Shown piece after piece: positions 9,568-19,068 of a stretch of 64,000 nucleotides of DNA. The notes beneath the pieces were generated by a model. It was given only the letters and a program-made list of their open reading frames with translations, did no database searches and had not been told where the DNA came from. The position numbers and the translations under genes were made by a program. How positions within the stretch are numbered: the first letter of the stretch is position 1; the number at the start of each line of letters is the position of its first letter. The stretch comes from a virus (Duplodnaviria > Caudoviricetes): positions 21,396 through 85,395 of IMG/VR virus record IMGVR_UViG_3300020577_012390; one strand, written 5' to 3'.

Positions 9568-10200
9568 ATGGAAGAGAAGTTCGGCAAGGATTACTACAAG
9601 ACTTTCTACCCGGTCGCGACGATTGGGCCTCGGAAGCGTACCGCGGTCGAGGTCTTCCGGATCACCAGGAACATCAGCCAGATGGTGTTCCAGGCGGACC
9701 TGCGGAGCGTGGCCGACGTGGGGGCGGGGATGGGTCTCTGGAAGGAGGCCATCGTTGCGGATAACCCGGACCTCTTTGGGATCAAGCCACCCGTACCCTT
9801 CGACACGTTCGACGCGAGCAGCTACGCGACTTCAACCTTCGGTTGCAAGAAGATGGATATCGTTTTTCAGGAGCCCAAAGACGTTGACGGGAGGATCAGG
9901 TATGACCTGGTCATCTGCAACGGGGTCTTCGGGTACCTGGCGGACGACCAGCTCCAGAAGGCGATCCAGCGTCTCCGCAAGTACGCGAGTCGTTTCCTGT
10001 ACGTGGGCGAACTCTACTGCAAAGAGGATATTCAAGCCGGGAAATACGACATGAGGGGGACCGACGCCATGCAGAAGGTCCGGTCCATCCAGGACTACTG
10101 GAAGGCCCTCCGCGATGGCGGGTTCTTCTTCGTCGGGATGGGCTTGTGGGCGAACGGAAACCACAAGAATCTCTTCATGGCTTCCGAGGTCGGGGCGTAG
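9568..10200 (+). CDS. class I SAM-dependent methyltransferase
   Basis: VADVGAGMG motif I; acidic FDTFDAS; YDLVICNGVFGYL. Confidence 0.8.
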   Translation: MEEKFGKDYYKTFYPVATIGPRKRTAVEVFRITRNISQMVFQADLRSVADVGAGMGLWKEAIVADNPDLFGIKPPVPFDTFDASSYATSTFGCKKMDIVFQEPKDVDGRIRYDLVICNGVFGYLADDQLQKAIQRLRKYASRFLYVGELYCKEDIQAGKYDMRGTDAMQKVRSIQDYWKALRDGGFFFVGMGLWANGNHKNLFMASEVGA

Positions 10201-10307
10201 GAACCTCCTAAAACGCGATATGGCGCGTTTTCGCGGTCTGGACGGGTCAAACCCCCACCCTACCCCCGAAAACGCGCGCCAGACCCCTTTCTGTTCGAGG
10301 AAACGGT

Positions 10308-10661
10308 ATGCCGAAGCGAGAGAATTGGAAGGATCTAACGGGGCGGGTCTTCGGGTCCCTCCGGGTGGTGCGCCCCTACATCGATCCCCGAGGGCGGGCG
10401 TCATGGTGGTGCGATTGCCTGGCGTGCGGGCGGATCACCATCATTGTGAAAACGTGGCATCTCGAAAACGGTAAATCGACCCGGTGTAACCAGTGCAAGG
10501 GGAAGGTCTACCGGAAGCTCACCGAGGACCAGGTGAGGGAAATTCGGGACCTGCATAAGCGTAAACAAGCGGGGTACGAGACCCTGGCCCGGAGGTATGG
10601 GGTGTCCAAGGGAGTCATCACCTCGCTGATGAGCGGGAAGACATACGAGGACGTGGTCTTA
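10308..10661 (+). CDS. homing-endonuclease-derived DNA-binding protein without nuclease domain; ends at TTA 10659-10661
   Basis: DLTGRVFGSLRV..WWCDCLACG plus KLTEDQVREIR..LARRYGVS HTH; no HNH motif. Confidence 0.65.
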
Positions 10662-11038
10662 TGCCACCGCGTAGGGACTTGACGGGTCAGGTGTTCGGGC
10701 AGCTAACCGTTATTCGCTACTCCAGAAGCGATAAGGGCGGTACCCGTAGGAGCTACTGGTGGTGCGAGTGCTCCTGCGGTCGGGTCTGCGTCGAGGTTCA
10801 ACTTTCCGCCATCGTCAGCGGGAACACGAAGCGATGCGCGGCCTGTCGAATCGACATGGGGGCGGGCCACAAGTTGGCCCTGACCGAGGATCAGGTGAGG
10901 GAGATTCGGCGCCTGTATTCCGAAAAGAAGACCACCTACCAGGAGCTTTCCGACATCTTCAAAGTCTCCCCTCCGGTCATAGCGCACGCCCTCGGGAAGG
11001 GGACCAAGCGCGTCAGGCGCTACGATGCGGTAAAGTGA
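10661..11038 (+). CDS. paralogous homing-endonuclease-derived DNA-binding protein without nuclease domain
   Basis: DLTGQVFGQLTV..WWCECSCG plus LTEDQVREIR HTH. Confidence 0.65.
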   Translation: MPPRRDLTGQVFGQLTVIRYSRSDKGGTRRSYWWCECSCGRVCVEVQLSAIVSGNTKRCAACRIDMGAGHKLALTEDQVREIRRLYSEKKTTYQELSDIFKVSPPVIAHALGKGTKRVRRYDAVK

Positions 11039-11099
11039 AGTCATGACGGGTTACTAGCTAGAGTTGAAGTGCGGGTCATGTCGTGATATGAAGTAAAAC

Positions 11100-11765
11100 A
11101 TGCGAATGATCGACATGACCGGGAACCGCTACGGAAGGCTTCTAGTGATCCGGAGGGATGGGTCAAACCATCGTGGAGAGAAACTCTGGCTATGTAATTG
11201 CGATTGTGGAAAAGCGATTACCCTGCCGGGGTACCCTCTTCGATCCGGGCATACATCTTCCTGCGGGTGCGGAGAGCACGAGATCAAGACCCCTCTCGAT
11301 CATCGCTTCTGGTCCAAAGTAAGCACCCGAGGCGATGACGACTGCTGGCCGTGGGAAGGGGCCCCCAACAACAAGGGATATGGGCAGTTCTCGATCCCTT
11401 CGGGGTTGGGAGGGAAGCTCCGGACTCGATTTGTCTTGTCTCACAGGATGGCTTTCAAACTTTGGTACGGGCGAGACCCAACGGAAAATTTGCTTCATAC
11501 TTGTGACACCCCTCTTTGCTGCAACCCAACTCATCTAATTGAGGGGACTCAAAAGCAGAACTTGGAAGACATGCGGAAGAAGAATCGGGATGCCCACGGA
11601 GAGCGACATCCTCAGTCGAAACTTACAGATGCCCAAGTCGAAGAGATTCGTGTGTGCGGTGATAGTGCTGCGGAACTTTCTTCTAGGTATGGGGTTTCCC
11701 TCACCTTGATCCGGCTCATTAGGAGAAACAAAAGGAGGATGCGCGATGGTAAATACAGCAAATGA
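11100..11765 (+). CDS. HNH homing endonuclease
   Basis: DMTGNRYGRL..WLCNCDCG; CWPWEG; SHRMA..LLHTCDTPLCCNPTHLIEGTQKQN; KLTDAQV HTH; more AT-rich than neighbours. Confidence 0.88.
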   Translation: MRMIDMTGNRYGRLLVIRRDGSNHRGEKLWLCNCDCGKAITLPGYPLRSGHTSSCGCGEHEIKTPLDHRFWSKVSTRGDDDCWPWEGAPNNKGYGQFSIPSGLGGKLRTRFVLSHRMAFKLWYGRDPTENLLHTCDTPLCCNPTHLIEGTQKQNLEDMRKKNRDAHGERHPQSKLTDAQVEEIRVCGDSAAELSSRYGVSLTLIRLIRRNKRRMRDGKYSK

Positions 11766-12939
11766 ACCGATAGTGTTTATCGGAGCCTTGATTTCTACCG
11801 TAATTTTTTTGGCCGGTGGCGAAGTGGAGACCTTGACGAGGGCCCTTGTGGAAAATGGGGTCCGTCATATCCTCTACAGCTTCCACTACATCCACCAGAT
11901 GCGGAAAGAGAGGTTTATCGCCAACGTGATAAGCCAGAACCCCCAGATCCAGTTCTTCCTGGACTCTGGGGCTTTCACGTACTGGACCATGGGACAGACC
12001 CAGCCCGAGCGTCTGATCCCCTTTAGGGAATATATCCGGCGCTATTTCCAATACATCGAAGAGTACGGGGAACTCTTCTGCCGGGTGACCGAGCCCGACT
12101 TCGACGGGACCTTCGAGGAAATCACGCTCTCTATGGTTTATGACTGGCGCGAAGAGATGTTGACGCGCTGGCCCCACCTGAACGTCATCCCCGTGTGGCA
12201 CCTGTGGCGCGGGACGGCAGAGTGGACGATGTATTGCGAGGACCCGAGGATCAAGGCGCTGGCCCTCGGTCGGTGTATCGGTCCCCCTGGGCTCCACCGT
12301 CGTCTGGTGATGGAGGCGCATCGACACGGGAAACCCGTCCATGGGTTCGCGATGACGAAGATGCAGACCGAGTTGAAGTGGGTGCCCTTCGATTCGGTGG
12401 ACTCGACCTCGTGGGTAATGGGCCAGAAGTACGGGACGACGTACATATTCAAGGCCAACAAATTCGTTGTGATGGCGAAGGACGCGGGGGGTAAGGACAA
12501 GCGCCGGCTCTACCGGGACTACTACAAGGGGATCGGCTGCGACCCCGACCTGGTCATCGCTGACAACGTAGCGGAAGTCAGGAAGTCCAATATCATCGCC
12601 TGGAGGAACCTGTCCGCGCGCTTCGAGGAGATGAGGAAACGGCAGAACCTCACTCACCACGACTTCCCTGACCTGCTGGGGAAGGACCCTGCGGAACCCG
12701 TCCCCGTGCCGAAGGAGCGCGAGGAGGGTATCGTAAGTAAGCTGTTCAAAAACGAGAAAGATCATCACGCGACCAGCGTGAACGCCTGGAGGACCCATGA
12801 CAACGACCCGCCGCCAGTACCTCGACCCCGTGACCCTTCTCACCCAGCTCAGGGACCTAAACCCCGACCTCTACCGGGAAGCCTTGGAAGTGGAGAACCG
12901 AGCGAGGGAATTGTCGAGCGCCCTCGACAGCGTGAGTAG
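11746..12939 (+). CDS. dpdA: DpdA-like DNA deazaguanine transglycosylase (TGT fold); true end probably near 12781
   Basis: FFLDSGAFT, IPVWH, VHGFAMT, FDSVDSTSW motifs; co-occurs with Que genes. Confidence 0.8.
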   Translation: MVNTANEPIVFIGALISTVIFLAGGEVETLTRALVENGVRHILYSFHYIHQMRKERFIANVISQNPQIQFFLDSGAFTYWTMGQTQPERLIPFREYIRRYFQYIEEYGELFCRVTEPDFDGTFEEITLSMVYDWREEMLTRWPHLNVIPVWHLWRGTAEWTMYCEDPRIKALALGRCIGPPGLHRRLVMEAHRHGKPVHGFAMTKMQTELKWVPFDSVDSTSWVMGQKYGTTYIFKANKFVVMAKDAGGKDKRRLYRDYYKGIGCDPDLVIADNVAEVRKSNIIAWRNLSARFEEMRKRQNLTHHDFPDLLGKDPAEPVPVPKEREEGIVSKLFKNEKDHHATSVNAWRTHDNDPPPVPRPRDPSHPAQGPKPRPLPGSLGSGEPSEGIVERPRQRE

Positions 12940-13111
12940 GGATAGTGGAGCCCTGAATAAAACGACCGAGGATCGTAAAGAACCTCTTTACAAGGGGGCG
13001 AACCCTGGTAACATTGTTGAAGGTTCCAAAAACGGAACGATCCTAGACGCGGCCCTCAAGATGGCCGCGGCGACCCGTAACAAGGAAAAAGAAGATGGGC
13101 ATAAACCTTAG
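12797..13111 (+). CDS. hypothetical protein
   Basis: GGAGG RBS before ATG. Confidence 0.55.
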   Translation: MTTTRRQYLDPVTLLTQLRDLNPDLYREALEVENRARELSSALDSVSRDSGALNKTTEDRKEPLYKGANPGNIVEGSKNGTILDAALKMAAATRNKEKEDGHKP

Positions 13112-13532
13112 TCCGAAACACGGCGTCAACCTTGTCCTCCTGAGCTGCTTCTTCTGCGGCGGTGACGCGGGCCTGATGATGATGGGGAAGGTCTCACGGT
13201 CGAAGCTGGAGAAGATGGGGATCGACCCCTCGATGATCGACGGCTACAGGGACGACGCCACCATCCGGGGGAAAATCTGCAACGGGTCGATCTGCTCCGA
13301 GTGCGAGAAGGTCAAGGACCAGGCGATCTTCATCGTGCAGGTCCGCGACGGGGAGGAGGGGTCGAATCCCTACCGCACGGGGAAGATGGTCGCGATCAAG
13401 GAGGAGGCAGCCGAGAGGATGTTCCAACCGGAGTTTTTCGAGAGCGTCAAAAAGTCTCGGATGGCGTACTGCCCCGAGTCCGCGTGGAAGAACCTCGGGC
13501 TCGACGAGGCGACCAAGGGGATGGACGGGTGA
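13095..13532 (+). CDS. hypothetical Zn-binding protein
   Basis: CFFCG and CSEC pairs. Confidence 0.6.
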   Translation: MGINLSPKHGVNLVLLSCFFCGGDAGLMMMGKVSRSKLEKMGIDPSMIDGYRDDATIRGKICNGSICSECEKVKDQAIFIVQVRDGEEGSNPYRTGKMVAIKEEAAERMFQPEFFESVKKSRMAYCPESAWKNLGLDEATKGMDG

Positions 13533-13834
13533 AGCGATCCGAGAACGGCCTCACGAGCGAGGAGCGCCGGGAGATCGGGGTCCTGATGAGTCATTGGCAC
13601 TCGTCCCAGGGTGACCCCATCTACGCGGTGGGCTCGTTCTTCGTGGACGGGAAGCGGTACCCCGACCGCGAGCAGGTCTCGTCCGCGCTCTACTGGATCG
13701 AGAAAGACCTCGGACAGGCGAGGGAGCGGAAGCACGGGTGGGGGCGCAAGGAGGTGGGGGAACTCCTCAAAATCTCGAAGGCGCTCAAGCGCGAACTCTG
13801 GACGTATCCGAAGCCGAAAGAAGAGGACGAATTA
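13529..13834 (+). CDS. hypothetical protein (TTA-TGA end)
   Basis: GTGA overlap at start. Confidence 0.55.
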
Positions 13835-14268
13835 TGAAAACGGTGAAAATCCTTCGTGGCATCCCCGGTAGCGGGAAGTCGACGCTGGCGCGTGAGATGG
13901 GCGAGGTAACGGTGTCCGCCGATGACTATTTCACGGTCGACGGCGTCTACAGCTTCAACCCTCGCGAACTCCCCAACGCCCACCAGGCGTGTTGGCGTCG
14001 GTTCTACCGCGAGGCGGAAGCCGGTACCGAAGTTATCGTCGTCGATAACACGAACATCACCGCCGCCGAGATCGCGCCCTACGTTCTCCCCGCGGAAGCG
14101 AACGGGTACAAAATCCAGATCATCACCATCCAGGCCGACCCCGTTCAGGCGTTCAACCGCAACGTCCACGGGGTCCCCTTCGAGGTCGTCTTGAGGATGG
14201 CCGAGCGTCTGAACAGCGAAGTTCTCCCCCCGTGGTGGGAGCATATCCGCGAGGACGGGGGTTCCTGA
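13834..14268 (+). CDS. P-loop nucleotide/polynucleotide kinase (AAA_33/N4BP2-like)
   Basis: LRGIPGSGKST, SADDYF, IVVDNTN, RNVHGVP. Confidence 0.85.
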   Translation: MKTVKILRGIPGSGKSTLAREMGEVTVSADDYFTVDGVYSFNPRELPNAHQACWRRFYREAEAGTEVIVVDNTNITAAEIAPYVLPAEANGYKIQIITIQADPVQAFNRNVHGVPFEVVLRMAERLNSEVLPPWWEHIREDGGS

Positions 14269-14270
14269 CC

Positions 14271-14525
14271 ATGGCGAGGTGCGAAGACTGGCCGGCGTGC
14301 GGTCACGAGTTGGGTCTCTGCCCCGACTTCGATGACGAAACTGGCGAGCAGATAAACATGAAGTGCGTCTGCGGGGCGGTCCTGCCTGTGGACCATCATT
14401 CATCCTGTTGCGACCGTTGCCTCCACGACCCCGACTGCCCGGGGTGCGACTCCCGGTTCTGCGCGAATCGGCTCGAAGACTACGGCGGCGACGAGTACGA
14501 AGACGACGAGGAGCCCGAGGAGTTA
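14271..14525 (+). CDS. Cys-rich hypothetical protein; ends at TTA
   Basis: Many Cys; TTATG overlap with next gene. Confidence 0.5.
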
Positions 14526-14872
14526 TGGCGAAGAAGAAAGCCGTCACGGACCGGAAACCTCTCCAGTGGCACCCGGGGGGTCTGGATAACGAGTTCGACG
14601 ACGAAGACCGCATCACCTACACCGATTGGTTTTTCAACGTCCGGACTCACTCCGGCATCGTCATGACGGTGTACCTGACGCGAGAGTACACGGCGGAGCA
14701 GACCGACTTCGCGGTGACGTGCGAACAGATGGGCCTGGACCGGAAGATGGACCTGCCCAAGGGGGCGACCGTCGCGGACGCGAAGCGTCAGGCCCTACGG
14801 GAATTCATGCGGGAGAATAACGACATCGGTGTCGCGCTTCTCCAATACCTCATCGACACCGCCAAGTTCTAA
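14525..14872 (+). CDS. hypothetical protein
   Basis: MAKKKAV start, TAA stop. Confidence 0.55.
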   Translation: MAKKKAVTDRKPLQWHPGGLDNEFDDEDRITYTDWFFNVRTHSGIVMTVYLTREYTAEQTDFAVTCEQMGLDRKMDLPKGATVADAKRQALREFMRENNDIGVALLQYLIDTAKF

Positions 14873-14885
14873 GAAAGAACCGAAA

Positions 14886-15236
14886 ATGGACGAGCTGAAT
14901 AAACTCATTCAACCCAAGATCACCTCCGTCAGCCTGGAGAAGGTCGAGATCACCTACCCGCCCAACGACCAGGTCGTCAGCGAGATGAGGGCGCTCATCG
15001 ACGAACTCCCCGCGTGCCACACCACCGAGGACGCGGAGAAGGTCGAGCGGAAGTACAAGCACCTCATGTTCTGGTTGGGGACCATCCAGCGGATCATCGA
15101 GCTGTTCCCCTCGGAGGTGACCACCGAGTTCGAGCTGGGGAAGGAGGGGGAGTGGTTCTTCCGGCGCATGGGCGTCGAGGTGACGAAGCTGGAGAAGCGG
15201 ACCAACCTCCACAAGATGCTGACCATCTTCAAGTTA
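14886..15236 (+). CDS. hypothetical protein; ends at TTA
   Basis: GC3-rich until TTA 15234-15236. Confidence 0.55.
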
Positions 15237-15316
15237 GCGTCCTCGAAAAACCGTACTAGCCCCAGAGGTGAGGTGACTCGCCCTGGGGTATAGGCGTTTG
15301 AAGGAGTCAAAAACAC

Positions 15317-15511
15317 TTGGCAAGGAAGAAAAGTAAAGACACGCACATGACCTACTTCCGGGCGGGGTCGTCGATGTACTCCACGCTCGTAGCGATCCAG
15401 AAGGAGTTCGCGCTCCTGGAGGGCGTCGAACCCTCCATGTCCGAGGTGGTCCGCCGTATGGTTTCTATCGGTATCGAAAAACACGAGAAGAACGCAGGGG
15501 TGAAGCGATGA
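15317..15511 (+). CDS. ribbon-helix-helix-like regulator
   Basis: Short; PSMSEVVRRMV helix pattern. Confidence 0.45.
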   Translation: MARKKSKDTHMTYFRAGSSMYSTLVAIQKEFALLEGVEPSMSEVVRRMVSIGIEKHEKNAGVKR

Positions 15512-15915
15512 CGAAGCCGGTGTGGTCGGATGGTCCCAGGTCTCAATCGATGGCCCTGAACGGGATCATCACCTCGGTCCTGTCCTTTGCTGACGACAAG
15601 TTCACGGCGGTTTTGAAGGTCCGCGAATTCAAGGCCGAGTTCGCGGGTCCGAAGACCTACACGGGATCGGTTGCCATCCTCGAAGGTGACACGCGGATCT
15701 ACCGCGCGATCCTGACGTGCCCCGAGGGCGTGCAGGCGAGGATGAAGGAGTCCGAGATCGTGAAGGCGTTCAAGCTGAACGCGACGATGGCGATCCGCGA
15801 GTGGGTGAAGAGCATCGACCGGGGGCTGAACGACATCGAGATCGAGCTGCGTCACGGGAAGGCGGTGCTCGCGAGGGCGAAGGCGGGCGGTAACAAGCCG
15901 AAAATCCTCCGTTGA
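15508..15915 (+). CDS. hypothetical protein
   Basis: ATGA overlap. Confidence 0.55.
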   Translation: MTKPVWSDGPRSQSMALNGIITSVLSFADDKFTAVLKVREFKAEFAGPKTYTGSVAILEGDTRIYRAILTCPEGVQARMKESEIVKAFKLNATMAIREWVKSIDRGLNDIEIELRHGKAVLARAKAGGNKPKILR

Positions 15916-15975
15916 AAAACGGTTGACAGGGGGCGGGGACGATGTAAAGATGGTCTTTACAAGGAGGAATTGAGG

Positions 15976-16737
15976 ATGAGCAAAAACCATAAGGAGATCG
16001 CGGTCGAGACGATGGGCTGGATCAAGGGGGTCGGTTCCATCGTCTTCCTGGGCAACAGCGAGGAGTACACCCTCGGTCTGCTGGAGCGCGCGTCGGAAGG
16101 GGCGAATCTCTTCCCCGAGAAGAAGAGGCTCTACGGGGTCGAGGCCATCCAGTACGCGAGGGATCACCTGGTCTCCGAAGAGGAGGCCAAAGGGGTCACC
16201 ACCGAAGTTCGCGAGCTGTATTACATTCGGAACGGTAGCGGGGGTTCCCTCCGCGAAGCCATCGAGCGGACGACAGCGGCGTCCCCCACCGACGCCGAAG
16301 AGGTCCGGTCCTCGTCTGACCTCGAACTCCTGCGCTCCCTCTACACCGCCAGGATGCGGTACTTCTACCGCGACGTCCTGGTGGCCAAGAGGACCGACGA
16401 GGACACCGCGATGACGAAGCCCGAGCGGTATTCGGGGATCTTCATCGACGTGCCCGACTTCAAACAGAAGCGGCGCGAGTTCGATTTTCTGGGCCAGATT
16501 TTCGACAGGTTCATCATCATGTCGGATGGGCTCCAAGCGAAAAAGAAGAACATCACCGAGCGCCGTCGCGTCCTCGTGTCCACCCCCCTGTTCGTGGGCA
16601 AGGACGACAACATGAACCTGGAGTTCTGCCTCCAGACCTTCGATGGGCGTGACTGGCGTACGCACTTCAACGGGGGCGCGATCTTCCACAAGGATTCGGA
16701 CCAGCCCTTTGACCAGGGTTGGTCTCTCCACACCTGA
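15976..16737 (+). CDS. hypothetical protein
   Basis: AAGGAGG RBS; TTGACA at about 15925. Confidence 0.6.
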   Translation: MSKNHKEIAVETMGWIKGVGSIVFLGNSEEYTLGLLERASEGANLFPEKKRLYGVEAIQYARDHLVSEEEAKGVTTEVRELYYIRNGSGGSLREAIERTTAASPTDAEEVRSSSDLELLRSLYTARMRYFYRDVLVAKRTDEDTAMTKPERYSGIFIDVPDFKQKRREFDFLGQIFDRFIIMSDGLQAKKKNITERRRVLVSTPLFVGKDDNMNLEFCLQTFDGRDWRTHFNGGAIFHKDSDQPFDQGWSLHT

Positions 16738-16777
16738 TTATCAGCTACCGAAAAACAGAAAGAACAAGGACAAGAAC

Positions 16778-17581
16778 ATGCGCTACAACCACCCTGACAC
16801 CCTCAAGGCCGGCGACGAGGTCAAGTTCCGTCGCGTCTCCGTCGAAGCCATGCGGGGGACCATGAACGTCCTCGCGTCCGCGGCTTTCAAACAGGTGAAA
16901 AGCGGAGAGATTCCCCATGGCTACTACCTCGCGGTCGATGGCGGGGTCGGCACCGTCAAGGCGTACATGGCGCCGGAGAAGGACCAGGAGATCGAGGTCT
17001 TCGGCGGGCCGCGTACCCCCGCGAAGGACGTGGAATACCTGGAGGACCTGGCCCCGGGGTGCGGTAACCCCGCCTGCACGGGTCAGTGCGGGACCATGGC
17101 GAAGTACCTCAAGAACCACGCCGAGTTCCAGGAATTCGTGCTGGGGAAAAACGTCGAAGGTCTCAACCACGGCTGCGAGTTCGTGATCTCCCTGTACGTC
17201 CTCTCGCGCAACCCCGACGAGAAACAGATCGAGGTCATCAAGAGCCGGTTCCAGACCCTCTCCTTCGAGAAGGACGGTCCGAAGCTGGCCGACCTCAAGG
17301 ACGTCGAGGTGAAGCCCGTCTTGATGGTCCTCTTTGGCCAACACAAAAACGGCGAGAAGGCCATCCTCGTGTCCTACCTCAACGAGGTCCAGACCCCCTA
17401 CGGCAAGATGATGTTCGGGGACCTGACCGACAAGCTCCCCGACTGCCTGGAGATGGGGTGGAGCCCCCTGGTCGATGACGGCGAGAAGAACCCCGGCCCG
17501 GATGGGGTCCCCAGGACCCTCATGGAGGCGCTCCAGAACAACTGCGGGATTGTCCCGTTCAAGTTCCCCGAGCTGAACTGA
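16778..17581 (+). CDS. hypothetical protein
   Basis: GC3-rich ORF with CxxxxCxxxC. Confidence 0.6.
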   Translation: MRYNHPDTLKAGDEVKFRRVSVEAMRGTMNVLASAAFKQVKSGEIPHGYYLAVDGGVGTVKAYMAPEKDQEIEVFGGPRTPAKDVEYLEDLAPGCGNPACTGQCGTMAKYLKNHAEFQEFVLGKNVEGLNHGCEFVISLYVLSRNPDEKQIEVIKSRFQTLSFEKDGPKLADLKDVEVKPVLMVLFGQHKNGEKAILVSYLNEVQTPYGKMMFGDLTDKLPDCLEMGWSPLVDDGEKNPGPDGVPRTLMEALQNNCGIVPFKFPELN

Positions 17582-17704
17582 ACCATAACTGACCGCGAGA
17601 AAAGCGGTCGCTGAGGTTCCGGAGAAAGGGCGATTCCCATAAGGGGGTCGCTCTTTTGACGTTTCTGATAAACGAAGCTAGAAATAGAGGAGAGGTGAAG
17701 GACC

Positions 17705-17959
17705 ATGTGGTGTGTCGTGATGATGCCCGACAGGGAAAAGAAGACCCTTACATTCCTTGTGGAGCCCGACGAGGTGACGAAGGCGAGGGAGGGGTACCGG
17801 CTTCAAGCGATGGGGATCGTGATAGGTGGGAGGAAAGCTACCCATGTGGACGAGTGGAAGCTGGTAGGGGGGCCTTTCCGTTCCCTCGCGGCGGCGTATG
17901 GTTGCCTCTCCACCGAAACGGCGGAGATGGCGGAGCTTCTGCTGGGGGATGGGAAGTAA
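17705..17959 (+). CDS. hypothetical protein
   Basis: Short ORF, TAA stop. Confidence 0.45.
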   Translation: MWCVVMMPDREKKTLTFLVEPDEVTKAREGYRLQAMGIVIGGRKATHVDEWKLVGGPFRSLAAAYGCLSTETAEMAELLLGDGK

Positions 17960-17976
17960 GAGATAAGGAAAATCGG

Positions 17977-19068
17977 ATGCCCAAAATCAAGAAAGAAGGG
18001 AAGGGGAACGGCCCCGACCTCTCGGACAAGATCAGCGAAGCCCTCCAAGGGAAGGACAAGAACCCCACCACCAAGAAGCTCTCCCTCAAGGACCTCAAAG
18101 CCCTCGGGGACAACAAGAAGACCAACCAGCTCCAGAAAGGGGGGCGGCGCGAAAAGGGCGCGTCAGCGCCCCAAGAAGGGGGGAGAAAAGAAAAGGAGAA
18201 TAACGCTAACAGTAACGCTATCCCTTTCACTGATGAGGAGGAGAAGGACTCCGTAGAGAGCAGGGAAGGGGAAGACGGAGGGGAGAACACACAACAGGAA
18301 GAAGACCCCCTGAACCCCACGGGCTACGTCCCACCCTCTCAAGTAGCTGAAATCGTTGAGGTTTCCCCGGAGGCTAATGGGAACTCAGAGCCCTCAGAAT
18401 CGGTATCCGTGGCTGTGGAGACCAGGGCCCCCCTCCCCATCCTGTCGGGTGCTGAACCCCCGGCCCATGTGAAGAAGGAGATGGCCAAGAGGAAGTCCCT
18501 CCCGGTCCTGGGATGCTCCTCCTGTCACATTGGTCAGTCCTGCCCCGAGTACAAGGAGGGGTATGTCTGCGCTTACAACGATGCTTTTGCGGCGTTTCCT
18601 GCGCGGGACGTGGACTCCGTGCTAACGGAAATGGCGGGTATAGTTTCGACAAACAAGGGCCGTCTGATGCGGGCGTACTACGCGGAGCAGCAGGTAAACG
18701 GCGGGGCTTTGGATATGAACGTCACCAGGCAGTCCCAGGTGGTGATGGACCAGATGAACCTCCTCCTGGCTCTCCATCAGGAGCAGAGGAAGGTCACGGT
18801 CACCGTCCACGGGCAGGGAGTGGCGAAACAACAAGGTCCAGGCATCCTTTCGCGTCTTTTCGCGAAGAATCCGGCCAATACACCCCCCTCCCCCACCCTG
18901 GAACTGAACGCTTCTCAGTCCGCGAACAACGGTACTGGACCTCTCCCACAGCAAGAGATCCCCGGTCTGTCCCCGGAGGCGATGGCTGAGATCAAAAAAC
19001 TTGAGGACAGCCCTCCCCAGGACCCAGTTTCCGCGATCCCCGGGGGCCAGGCGGGCGGGTCCCCGTTA
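17977..19068 (+). CDS. Cys-cluster protein, candidate terminase small subunit; ends at TTA
   Basis: Disordered N-terminus; CSSC-x5-CP-x7-C; helical core then beta strand; abuts large non-coding block. Confidence 0.35.

Noticed and set aside
15976-16737. Dam-like adenine methyltransferase
   Set aside because: Only a weak IFIDVPD resemblance to DPPY and no FxGxG motif; left hypothetical
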